Source of the DNA: Octopus sinensis | Taxonomy: Eukaryota | Assembly (NCBI RefSeq): GCF_006345805.1 | Contig: NC_042999.1 | Coordinates: 115,630,001 to 115,694,000 of the forward strand | DNA length: 64,000 nt | Direction of reading: 5' to 3' | Part shown: positions 38,890 through 52,339 of the stretch, piece after piece | How positions within the stretch are numbered: the stretch's first letter is position 1 | Layout of the letters: every line of letters starts with the position of its first letter | The notes under the pieces: generated by a model | What the model was told of the DNA's origin: nothing | Databases searched by the model: none | The model's input: only the letters and a program-made list of their open reading frames with translations | Position numbers and translations under genes: made by a program

Positions 38890-39690
38890 GTTTTGCTACA
38901 ATGTTATTACCAAGAGCCTCCTCTAATATGTGGCACTTGGTGAAGCATGGAGTTTGATACAGCTACCACCATTTGCACCTCTTGCCGTGAGGTAGGTTCA
39001 TCTGGAACTCTCGACAGGAAGAAGTCAAGCTTTGATTTGAAAGCCCCTACATTTAATTTATGCAAGTTCCTCAGACTTTTTGGGAGAATATTAAAAAACT
39101 GTGGGCCCTTGAAACCCAGGCTGTTGCGGTAACTGGTCCTGAAGCGTGATGGCATTGCTGGGACCTTTGGCACTATGCAGTGTCGTCCCGTTCTGGCATT
39201 GGTGTCGCTTTCATTGCCAAAATTTAGCACAATTCCTTCCAGGATATTCCAGATATATATTACTACATACCTCTCCCGTCTTCTCTCGAGGGAGTAGAGT
39301 CTTAACTGTTTCAACCTTTCCCAGTAGCTGAGCTGTTGCAAAGAGTCGATCTTCTTTGTGAATCTTCTCTGGATTGCTTCAAGGTCCGCTTTAATGTCAC
39401 ACTGGTGGGTGACCATAGCTGTGAGCAGTAATCCAGGCGGCTGAGGATGAATGTCCGCTAGAGGACCATCATGGTTTCCTTATCTCTGGTTCTGAATGTT
39501 CTTAGGATCTATCTAGCCAGTCGTCTGCACTTTGTCGCCATCCTGATAATGTGCACTTGGAAAGAGGTATCATCACTCATGTCAATACCCAGGTCCCTCA
39601 CTGATTTAGGCTCTGGGATTGAAATTCCCTGTGGACTGGTGTACTCTGTAAGTTTCATATTCAGTTTTGTATACTGGTAGCATATATACT
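38890..39690 (-). mobile_element. CR1-like LINE, RT C-terminal fragment
   Basis: ORF 38907-39416 has LEAIQRRFTKKI...SYWERLKQLRLYSLERRRERY...VPDEP; upstream VRDLGI and SRLDYCSQLW. Confidence 0.88.
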
Positions 39691-39694
39691 TATG

Positions 39695-39713
39695 TATATA
39701 CACACACACACAC

Positions 39714-39791
<78 letters not shown>

Positions 39792-40010
39792 ATATATATA
39801 TATATATGTGTGTGTATATATATATATCAGTATATATATATATATATATAAGTGTATATATATACATACATGCATATATATATATATATATATATACATA
39901 CATATATATATATGTATGTGTATATGTATGTATGCATGTATGTATGTATGTATGTATGTATGTATGTATGTATGTATGTATGTATGTATGTATGTATGTA
40001 TGTGTGTCTC
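39695..40010. repeat. Compound (CA)(TA)(TATG)n microsatellite
   Basis: Seen directly in the sequence. Confidence 0.95.
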
Positions 40011-41673
40011 TATATAGTATGTATATTTCTATCATAAGTATACACAGTCATATATGCGCTTTTGCGAGTGTAAAGACACTTTCTTACATACCTTTATACA
40101 CGCGTGTGTATGTGCATAAATGTGCGTGGTGCATGTGTTTGTGGTGTTGTGGTAGCGATAATGGTGGCGGTGATAATAATGATGGTGTGTGCGCATGTAT
40201 GTGACTGATTGTGTGATTATACGCTTGCAGTCTAGTATGTGAGCATTGATAGAGTAACGAAGAAAGTATAATCAGTTGATTAAAGGTCAATAAATTGTGA
40301 AAAGTCACAATACTTGCAACAACGTTTTTGGAGATTGGAAGATAATTAATCATCAATTCTTCTTCCACCAAGCTATTCAATAACTGATTGAAGAAATTAT
40401 TAAATGAACGACGTTGAATATTAAAGTAACAAAACAATAGTCGGACAGTACACCGTAATAGAGCGGACTCTACATGGCTATGACACAATTAATCGAAACA
40501 ATATTGATGGTTCAAGTTCCAACGAGACCGCAACAAAAGCACAGTTTTCTGCCCTGTTGCAAGCAATTTGGTGTACCTCACTCTAAAAGATGAAGTAAAT
40601 GCGTAATTATGCAGTTTGGTTTGGTGGCAACTATTTTTTTCGTGTGTAATATTCGGCGCACGAAGAATTGTGAGTACGAGACTAGTTGATGGAATCAACC
40701 ATAACTCATGGAATATCTTCAGATCGGATATCATCCCGATGCTTGCAATAGAGTGACTTCATTAAGCGTCACCTAGAGTTCATATGGTTGTATTAAACCA
40801 GTTGCATACACAGCTCAACCAATAAGCTTCTCTAGATTTTCTGTCTCCCCAGCTTCGGTCACAAGATTTGGTTCTACTCAAAATACCGAGCAGTGGGATC
40901 GATCATGTGACTATATTAACGTCATGGCTATGTCAGCAAACAAAGTTGAGTTCAAAGCCACTTACGATCTTGCAGAGACACAAGGAAACTGCAGTGATTT
41001 CCAATCTGAAACTAAAATTCTTATAAATTCTCAACCACGTGTACGGTACACATATATAACGTACCATCAAGATACATTATACGTAACCATGGAACACATA
41101 TGAAAGGCAATGTATTTATTTGGATCAAATCATTACAGTGCCACCACTGCAAAGGTATGGTACAAAGATGAATAACATAGTCTTGTATGTTGTCACAGTT
41201 TCTTAGATCAATACAGGTCTCTAGAAGGAATCTAGAATGAAACTGGACGAGCAAATACCGTGTTATATTTTTGCTGACTTGGTCATCTACTAAATTCTTT
41301 CTTAATTCCAAGGGACACACACAAACGCGTTTGCATGTATACATAAACACACACACACACACACACACATACACACACACACACACACACACTTTAGTTA
41401 AATCATTCTATAAGTTAATTAGGATAATGCAGTGGTCGGCCCAAGCAGAAATGTACCTCGTTTCTTCCTAGCACTACAGAAACCAGAGCTGTGCACCATG
41501 GAAGGCCAATAAGCTATTAATGATTTATATGAGGATTAGCTTTTAATAACATTCTGGAACGTATAGAATGATTGCGTTCTATACAAGTAATTCGAGAGGC
41601 AAAACTATCATGTGTGTAATGCAGTGGAATCATTTATAAATTCACACACACGTACGCACGCACACGCACACAC

Positions 41674-41707
<34 letters not shown>

Positions 41708-41908
41708 CACACACACACACACTCATAAATACAACTACAGTAAATTCGCGAGATCCAGTGAAGTTGCAAAGGACGAATAAGTATTATTACATCTTATAGT
41801 TTTGACCTTTTAAGTTTTACCGCAAAGATTTTAGTGACGCTAAAGTAAAGGTTTACTGCAATATTTGCTGACAACTCAGAAAAAGTTTGAGGGAGACAGC
41901 GAGAGGGA

Positions 41909-41963
<55 letters not shown>

Positions 41964-42059
41964 GAAGGATAGAGATAGAGGGAGAGAGAGCAGAGAGAAA
42001 TAGAAAATGCTTTTAAAAAATTCATGCATACAAAAATCTACACACAGACGTAATATAAA

Positions 42060-42090
<31 letters not shown>

Positions 42091-42171
42091 ATGTATGTAT
42101 GTATGTATGTATGTATGTATGTATGTATGCATGTTTGTATGCATGTATGTGTGTGTATGTATGTATATATA

Positions 42172-42372
42172 CGAGGGGTGCTGAAAGTACCTAGCTTTAA
42201 GGGTATCGCGAAAAGCTCAAAATTCCGAGTTTTTTTTTACAGAGCTTAGAAAAACTGAAGGACCGCTGCAATAAGTGTGTGAATCTAAAGGGGAATATAT
42301 TTAATAAATTAACAATTAACTGCTCCTCCTGTATTTTCTTTTACCCAAAACCCAGAACTTTTCAGCACCCCT

Positions 42373-42374
<2 letters not shown>
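42172..42374 (+). mobile_element. Mariner-derived MITE or deletion derivative with TA flanks
   Basis: TIRs CGAGGGGTGCTGAAAGT and ACTTTTCAGCACCCCT, flanked by TA. Confidence 0.8.
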
Positions 42375-42403
<29 letters not shown>

Positions 42404-42559
42404 CACCCTTTAATAAGACGATGCATTTATCAAATACTACGTCATAATTTATCAAGTATGTTCACAAAAATTAACCAACAAATATTCATTCAAATTAGGT
42501 GTCGGGCTGTTGCTGTGTATGTTTATAAAGAGAAACAGAAATGCACACACATATACATT

Positions 42560-42695
42560 TTTCTTCTATTCTTTTATTTGTTTCAGTCATGTGACTGGTG
42601 CCATGCTGCAGCACCGCGTTTTAGTCGAAGAAATCGACCCCAGGACTTATATTTTAAGGGCTTGGTACTTTATTCTATGGGTACTTATTCTATAT
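42560..42695 (-). mobile_element. SINE family I 3' fragment
   Basis: Reverse complement of the ...GCTGCAGCATGGC...ATGACTGAAACAAATAAAAGAA tail. Confidence 0.75.
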
Positions 42696-42699
42696 ATTC

Positions 42700-43735
42700 A
42701 CATACCCATGTTTTCCATACAAGAGATTTGCATTTCACCCAGAAACGACGTTCCCAATATTTTAATTTTCTTTCTCCTAACCCCAATTTCTTCATTTTTT
42801 AAACTTTTTCCACATCTTTTTCTTGGTAATCCATGAAGAAACAGACAGTACGAATTTTTAAAGAATTCTCTTCAAAAAAACACTTACATCTCTTTCCCCA
42901 ACATCTATCCATAACCTCATCACTTTCAAATAGATACAGTGCGTGTGTGTGCGTATGTTCCTTATGGGTTCTGAAACTGAGTTGCTCGTTTTGACGTATG
43001 CGGTGTCAAAGGATTCAGTAATCTTTCGGCTACCAAAGTATATTTTTGGCACAACAACTCTTTTTTTTAATAAAATAACCTCAGAAACGAGATCGGCTCG
43101 CACTATTTTGAGGTCATTTGCGGGTAATATATCGATTTGCTTCTAATGTTTCACTTTCGTCCAATGTTTCACGCATGCGTAGAATTCTGCTGAAATAGCA
43201 CACGTAAAAAATGGCATTATCTCTCTTTCCATTTCTCATAATGTATGTAGACACTATATTGTCAACATGTTACAACTTCACTAACTTCATCGATATATGG
43301 CGAAATCTGTATTTCATTTCATTTCTTACACACTTTGCTATCAGTTAAATAGATAATTCCAAAAACGGTCTGTAAAGATATCTTATTTTTATACAATATC
43401 AATATGTATATTTTCATATATATTTCTCCGGCGCATCAACCCTACAAATGCGCACACCCACTTCTTCATGCCTTTACATCCAACTTATTTTTTTTCGTAA
43501 ATTTCTTCACATTCCTATGTTTTCCATACAGGAGATTGGATTTCACTCCAAAAATACGCTCTCAATATTTTAATTTTCTCCCTACCCACTCCAATTTCTA
43601 CCTTTTTTTTTTTGCTTTTTTCGACATTTTTTCTTGATAATCCACGGACAAAAAAACAGACAGTACGAATCTTTAAGAAACACTAAAATCTCCTTCCCCA
43701 ACATCCACACATCACCTCACCATTTTCAAAAAGCT
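42700..43735. repeat. Diverged ~230-bp direct duplication (42700-42930 and 43505-43735)
   Basis: Shared ATGTTTTCCATACA, AATATTTTAATTTTCT and AAACAGACAGTACGAAT blocks in the same order. Confidence 0.75.
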
Positions 43736-44033
43736 TCAAACTGCCAATGTTTCACTTAGATCCTTTTGGAAAGCAGGGAAGTTTCTTCAGAAATAATGTC
43801 GTTTACCTGTTGTTTCTAGCATGTCTGGTTTTCTGTTAGTGGCCTCATATTTTTTACGTCTCTTATTTTAGTACAATTCTACGCATGTGTGAAACTCTAT
43901 GATCTTTCTTGCAAGGGAGATCATTCAACTACCTACCTACCTACGCCGCTACATATATTTGTTAGACACAAGCTCCTTTCGCTGATAAAGAATTTAGCTA
44001 ATTAAAACAGAAGAGAACATACATACACACATC

Positions 44034-44065
<32 letters not shown>

Positions 44066-44199
44066 CATACATACATACATACATACATACATACATACAT
44101 ACATACATACGTACATGCATACATTCATACATACATACATATATACGTATGTAAGCATAATTGTATGTAATTGTATGTATGTATACATATATAGATGTA

Positions 44200-46310
44200 T
44201 ATGTAGATAAGACATTAGGAGACAAAAACCAGGTTGCAGGCCACAGTGCTGAGGATATCCAAGCAAATGAGTCTTCTGTGGGAATGCAGCCCCAAGAGGC
44301 ACAGGGAAAGTGTCCAAGAAGTAAATTCTCTCCAGCTGAAGTATAACAAGCAACTAGAGGCTTGCAGTGAAATGTACAGTATTTGCATAGAGCACTTTGG
44401 TGATAGAGAAAAGAGCAAGTAACCAACCAGAAAGAAATAGGTGGCAGAGGGAGATGGAATCCATAAGATATACAAATAAATACCCGAAGAAACAGCCGCA
44501 GGCCTTAAGTCCCGAGGAGAAGGAAGGTCTGGAAAGACCCCAAAGCAAAGCACAGCGCCTTCAGCAGAGCAGAATACTCGAGGAAAATATTTGATCAACT
44601 ACAGTCTGGTGTACCAGCCGTCGAGAAAGAATCTCTTGAAGCTCTTGAGTCTCTTGAAGCTCACTTGAAGGAGACGTATTCCGACCCTAAACAACAAAAA
44701 ACACTTGACCATATTACAAACTTGGTGTGACCAAACCATCCTGGGGTGGATTTCGACAACAAGCCTCCAATACGTGCTGAAGTCAGGGAAGTCAGCTCCG
44801 GACTGAATGGTATACCATATCTTCCCTATAAGAAATGCCAAATTTTCTGAACTGGTTGCATGAAAGGCTCACGCTTGTCTAGAAGAATAAGATGGTCCCT
44901 AGCCAATGGATGAAGATCGGTAAGCGTCCTTTGTCCGGCAATTACAAGGTCTGGTCTCTTCAGCATATGGTTCCTGTTAGTGTGCGAAATTGCAACTTCA
45001 GCAGTGGAAGTAATGGAGGCATATGAATAGGTACACCAGAAAGTGGTTTGGTGTACCCCACCGAGTCTGACTGATGTTGTTCTCTACTGAGACTGCCTTT
45101 CGAGTCCTTAGTTGAAGAGTACAAGGAAGGGCAAACAAGACCGCAACTAATGCTCAAAGAGTAAAAGATTGTGGCTAGATCGGTGCAGCCAAGCCTAAAG
45201 AGAGGCAGGAAGTGGAAAGTTGTGGATGCAATTGGTGATGCTGAAAAGAGTTTGAATGCCAAAGAGATAATAGGGGTTGCTCAGACAGGAAGGGCAATAC
45301 CAATGTGCACTAATGGTCAAAAGTAACAGGTAAAGTCCAAAGGGATCTTGTGATTCAGGAAGTTAGAAGTGAAGAGGAAAAAAACAAGTATATGAAAGCC
45401 ATCCAGCAATCTCATCAGGAGGAAGGACAACCTGGGATGCTGCTATGCAGAAATCCCTCACATGGAATGACGTGTAGCACTTGGCACCACTCAGATTGAG
45501 TTTCATGATAAGAGCAACTTATGACCTGCTTCCTTCAAACACCACCCTTGTAAAGTGGGGCATGGAAGACATTTCAATATGTCCTCAGTGCAAGGACAAA
45601 TCCCAGTCAGTGGATCATGTCCTGCGTTCCTGCAAGACCGCCCTCGCTGATGGCACCCCGTTGGTTACGATGACGTGACACTCCGTCTGTTACGATGACG
45701 AGGGTTCCAGTTGATACTATCAACGGAAAAGTCTGCTCGTGAAATTAACGTGCAAGAGACTGAGCACTCCACAGACACACGTACCCTTAACGTAGTTCTC
45801 GGGGAGATTCAGCGTGACACAGTGTGTGACAAGGCTGTCTCTTTGAAATAAAGGTACAACAGAAACAGGAAGAAAGAGTGAGAGAAAGTTGTGGTGAAAG
45901 ATTACCGCAGGGTCCGCCACACCCTGCCGGAACCTCGTGGGGATTTAGGTGTTTTCGCTCAATAAACGCTCACAGTGCCCGGTCTGGTAATCGAAGCCAC
46001 GATCTCACGACCGCGAGTCCGCTGCCCTAACCACTGGGCCATTGCGCCTCACTGATAGCACATACACATGGAAGCACAAGAGAGTACTGGAAGAATTGAC
46101 CACTTCAATCTGGGACCAAATGCAGCGGGATACAACCAAATAAAAAGTGGCCTTCGTAAACAAAGAAGGAAAGGAGTGGGATAGAGCAAAGAAGAAAACT
46201 GGATATGAATTTGTGGCAGGTGGGAACCTGTTTAGACGCGAGGATTCCTGAGAAATAACTGCAGACAACATTGAGAAGCGCAAGAACTACCGAGAGTTCA
46301 TCAAGATAAT
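44200..46310 (+). mobile_element. Decayed HERO-like restriction-endonuclease LINE, RT core largely deleted, interrupted by a SINE
   Basis: SPEEKEGLE, LEAHLKETYSD, GLNGIPYLPYKKC, GRKWKVVDAIGDAE, RLSFMIRATYDLLPS...CPQC...HVLRSC, and TWKHKRVL after the SINE. Confidence 0.7.
45657..46051 (-). mobile_element. tRNA-derived SINE, family V, with a 10-bp TSD
   Basis: Head GAGGCGCAATGGCCCAGTGGTTAGGGCAGC; TSD CTGATGGCAC (45647) / CTGATAGCAC (46052); ~25-nt tandem duplication at the tail. Confidence 0.8.
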
Positions 46311-46406
46311 TTAAGAGTTTACATATGTATATGTAGACTCTAAAACATATATATATTGGCTTTTAACAAGTGGTTATTAGTATCGCTACGCCGAGGGGAA
46401 ACCCCA

Positions 46407-46519
<113 letters not shown>

Positions 46520-46865
46520 TTTTGGGCTAATGGGTATATGTCAATTACTGTATTGATGGTTCAAAACGATCGTCGTACGCAATAAAGGCTAATAGCAAAT
46601 CCATCTTCTGCTTCCTTAATTGATTGCATATGTCTGTTTTTGTGTATGTTTATGCGTGTGCTTGTGTTTGTGTGTGTGTGTGCGTCTGTATACACACACA
46701 CGCACACGCATATACATATATATAATTTATAAACATATATACGTGTGCTTATGTGTATGTATTTATTTAGAAACTTCTTTCTTCAATTAAAACATTAATT
46801 ATACATTAATTATATATAATATACGTAAATAATTGTGTGTGCATGTGTTTATACCTACGGTCACT

Positions 46866-46942
<77 letters not shown>

Positions 46943-46944
46943 TG

Positions 46945-47190
46945 TGTGTTTGTGTGTCGGTGTTTGTCCCCCTAGCATTGCTTGACAACCGATGCTGGTG
47001 TGTTTATGTCCCCGCCACCTAGCGGTTCGGCAAAAGAGACCGATAGAATAAGTACTGGGCTTACAAAGAATAAGTCCCGGGGTCGAGTTGCTCGATTAAA
47101 GGTGGTGCTCCAGCATGGCCGTAGTCAAATGACTGAAACAAGTAAAAGAGTATAAAGTAAAAGAGTATAAAGAGTATAAAGAGTATAAGA
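46945..47190 (+). mobile_element. SINE family I 3' half with an (AAGAGTATA)n tail
   Basis: GCTTGACAACCGATGCTGG...GGTGGTGCTCCAGCATGGCC...CAAGTAAAAGAG. Confidence 0.85.
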
Positions 47191-47321
47191 GATAATAGTG
47201 TCATTAAGATCCAAAGGTGTCAGGTAATGCTGAATAAGTGCTATAGACAGACCTTAGTTAAGTTCCAGATTCGGTAATATTGCGAATAAAGGGTTCAACG
47301 TTGGTTCTATGTCAGCGTGTG

Positions 47322-47629
47322 TATATAAGAATTTTTTGCGTAAAAAGATAAAAAACCAAGGCTGTATAGATATTAGAGCATTTATAGATAGAAGGTCTTA
47401 CAGCTGTTTCTAGGATATTAATTAATAATATCCTTTCACCGGAGACGGTGTGAGAGGAAAATTAAGTCATAGTTAGTTTAGATGACTTAATTTTCTTCTC
47501 ACCGTCTCCGATGAAGGGATATTATTAATTAATATCCTAGAAACAGCTGTACGACATTCTATCTATAAATGGTCTCATATCTATACAGCCTTGGTTTTTT
47601 TAGCTTATTATGCAAACAATTCTTATATA
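47322..47629. mobile_element. 308-bp hairpin made of two inverted units, each with a variant hammerhead-like motif (probably PLE terminal-repeat derived)
   Basis: ~148-bp arms around an 11-nt loop (47471-47481); motifs at 47504-47555 (+) and 47395-47446 (-). Confidence 0.75.
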
Positions 47630-47671
47630 TATATATATATAAATAGGTATGTATGTGTATATATATATACA

Positions 47672-47703
<32 letters not shown>

Positions 47704-48129
47704 CATACATGCATACATACATATATACATACATACATACATACATACATACATACATACATACATACATACATACATACCTACATGCATATATGTTTGT
47801 ATGTATGTATGTATAAACATGCGTACACATGTATACATATGGATACACACAAATACACACGCGCATACTTACCTATGTATCAAGGTCATACGATGTTTGT
47901 CACATCGTATATCATAATCAACTCCCAGCATGAAATCACATTTAATGTTTGCTTGAAAATCGTTGTGGTTACTTAACAGAGTGGATTGAAAGGGAATATA
48001 CTCCCTAGTTCGTGACTCGGGCTTAAGAGGCTTGAAGGGTATTTATGGAGACACGAAATCGTGATCTTCTTGTTCCCTTACACACTCTTAGCAAATCGGG
48101 GTTTGATCCCAAACAATATCTTCAGATAA

Positions 48130-48800
<671 letters not shown>

Positions 48801-51800
48801 CTCCTCCCTTTCGCTCCCCCCTCTCTCTCCTGCAGTGACAAAATTGTGATGAGGTTGAAGTGTATGCTAAGTATTATCATAATATAAATTTTTAACAAAG
48901 TTTTATACAAAATAAATTATCTATGCTAAAAAAAGATATGTTGGGAAAAGGTGATAGAATCAGTGTGAATATCACGAAAATACACCAGATATTAAAATTT
49001 TTTTTTACACTTTTACGGATATATGAAATTCTAGGATCATGAACATGTTAAAGAGAGCATCGCTAGCGCAACAGTATCTGTTTTCTTTCTTAAATGTGAC
49101 ATTAACGTGCACCAAGTTAGAATACTTTGACAAAAATTTACTGGGATTAACTTCTCATTTTGCCACACGGAAATATTTTATAAGGAACAAAATAAGCTTA
49201 AAAGGGATTTATATTCTAATTGTATGAGATCATTATTCTTGCACTCCAGGTTTACGTAGGCCAGTTGGTAAGATCAGTAATTTGTGGTCTGTACGATCGA
49301 CCTAATTCCTTGTGAATTAGAGACCTCTTTATTTCGGACTTACCATACATATACATACATACATACATACATAATACATACCATATAGAATTTCTCTATG
49401 ACTATAAATTTCATGCTAATCAGAACATTCTTCAGATGGCTGTGATTAAAGGAAAGGTTTCTTGCACAAGGCGGTTTTATTTAAGTGTCCTTCATTTTTG
49501 GTAGCGTTGTTAATTTCCACTTTGCGCGGGTTTTCGTGGACGAGCCACTCATCCAGATGGAACATCATCACGCTCCTCTGGGACGCAGAGGAGATGTTCA
49601 CGGACCGTACCTAAACGCCCGGGGTGTTTTTTTTTGGGGGGACGGTGCTACTGGGACCGCCTGGTAGCCGTACTGCCCTGGGATCGACGCCGGTGCGGAT
49701 CCATGGCAACGAATTACGAGCCGGCGCCAGTACATGAGGAGGATATCGTGTAATACGCTATACTCACAAACATACGTATATGCAATCACATAATATCTAC
49801 ATACATACGCGAAAACGCAAATATAATTATACATGATATATGCTTTATACACATATATATAGGCATGTATGTACGTACGTGTGTATGTATGTATGTATGT
49901 TTTTCCTTGAAATTTATTTAAGTTCTTTTAAACAGAGTGCAAGCCGGTCACAAACAGTGACAAAACATTCTGAGAACTGATACTCCCTGGGCTTCGTATA
50001 TATGTGGTTGAGTTAGAATGTGTATGTATGTAAGCGTACGTGATTGCACTTATGTTCTATGCGAACAAATCTTTTTGGTACTTAGATGTTTGTGCGTGCC
50101 TCTCTGTGTGTTCTACATGTGTGTGTGTGTGCGTGCGCGTGTCTGTGTGAGAGCGCACGTACATCATTCTTTTTTGAGATGTGTGTTTTTGTAGATGCAC
50201 ACAAGAATGTGTATGCATATATTAATGGAGAATTCTTAGAATATCACAAATTTTCACTCTACCACTGACAGATTGAACTTGGAGGATGCGCCTCAGTTTC
50301 TTTTGCTCTTAGAAAATCCTTCCATTTCAAGGTTTTTGTAAGCGTTTGTGTGTTTGTGTGTGTGTGTGTGCATATATCTAAAAAATGTATAGACAGGACA
50401 GATTGGATTGAGAAAACACGCTTTATTGTATAACACTACAATTGTTTCATCTTTACTCTACCTGTAGGAAATTGCCGAAATATTATTATATAATAAATAT
50501 ATTAAACTTATTATATTGCATCAATGTTGTTTCAGTAACATTGGCAAATAAAGACTCCTCTGGCATGTACGTAAAGTGTTTGCTAAAGTAAACTATATTC
50601 CACAGAATATATATCTCTCCATATTTTAAAAATAAAATCAAGCAGCAGGAGATTGTTATCCACAAGTACAGTTTAGCCGGTCGATAGAATAGGGGATTGA
50701 AGAAAACATAATAAAAATAGATAAAAAAAATTAGACACATAAATAACTGGAAAGATAAAACTTCACACAGCTTATACCTATGTAAGTATAATACTTACAC
50801 CAGAGAGCCAAATGTTGCCAGGGGTCCGTAGGTTATCTCAAAAACATGTCTAATTTCTTCTTGATAGAAAACATAGATTTAAAGCTCAACTGCTGTTTTA
50901 TTACCCTTCATTTATTATATCAGCATGATGTGTATGCATTAAAAAAATAGACACTCGCTCCCACAAAGACACACTCTCACACTTACACACATGCCCTCAC
51001 ACGTATATAAAAATAGACAGACATAGAGGTATACATTCGCACACATGAACATACACGGAACATTTATATAATGATACAGAATTAAATGAAAATATACATT
51101 ATTAGTAATTATATATTATATATAGAGTTATATGCATAATTATATATATGTACATATATAGTGAATTGGTTCGAAAAAATATTTTCCATGTGGTGTATTG
51201 TGATAGAAAATATAAAAAGAAAGAACATACACAGGAATATCTTAAATACAGACATTAATATACACATCCTTACATAGATACAAAGATAGATATAGGCCCA
51301 CCTGTTCATAGGTGGTTGTATGAAAAAAGTATTCACTTATGTCAACAAATAAATCAAACGTTCTGTTTTAGTGTATTCTTTGAAAGGTATTTTAAGTTCG
51401 TGGTTACACCCCAAAACAATCTTCGAGTATTTGTTTATCAACAGGCCCTTGTACAGTAATATGCAAAGGGTCTCTTCTAAGCAAAGATAGCGCAATCTAG
51501 GGTTTACTTCATATGTTTGTGTGATTTTTATTACCGATTAGGAGATGTATGTTAACTTCTTTCCGTGAGATTCCATATTAAGTTGGCGAGAAATATTGTG
51601 ACTTTTGCAAACACACACACGCATACACACATATAAATTCACTCACGCATAGCCTTATTTGTGTTTGGTGTATTATAAGCATAAATTATTTTACACTGCG
51701 ATATTGGAAGCAAGTAGGAATTTTTTAGATCGATTATGTCACTCATAATACATATTTGTTGAGTGACATATTGATTTTAGCTGGATAGCTAGTGTGTAGG

Positions 51801-52339
51801 TGTAAAGATGTGTAATACAAAATTGGCGTGTGGAATCCGGTATACTATAAGATAACCGACTATGACTACATTAGTGTATTATACATGTAATTTGTTCATT
51901 GTTCAATTAAAATCAACTATTTTTGCATTTGGTAAAATTTTCAGGCTTCTTAATTAAGTAGTCATTTAAAATCTTATATGTATTTTAGATAAAAAAATAT
52001 ATATATATCGACGGATGCATCTGAGTGCACTCTGCTTGTACACGAGCAATAATGGAAACGTAGAATCGTAGGATTGTTCTCGCCTACTCTAACTCTTAAA
52101 ATATCAGAGTGCACTTTTGAAAACAATATCATGTTTTATTTGTTATGGATTTTCTACATCGCTATTTTAATCCTTACTTTCTAATCCTTATAATCCTTAC
52201 TTTCTATTACTATACTAGGTTCATGTTCATAACACTTATCAGTTTGGTCAAATCCTTGCTTTCTACATAACTCCCTGTGGGTTATTCTTAGCTTGTCATG
52301 TCTTTTGAATTATTTCTGTATTAGTATGCTACATTCAAT

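Noticed and set aside
40310-41330. Protein-like minus-strand frames (HVESALLRCTVRLL..., TCIDLRNCDNIQDY...)
   Set aside because: Splice sites are mediocre, the phases do not chain with the other exons and no domain was confidently recognised.
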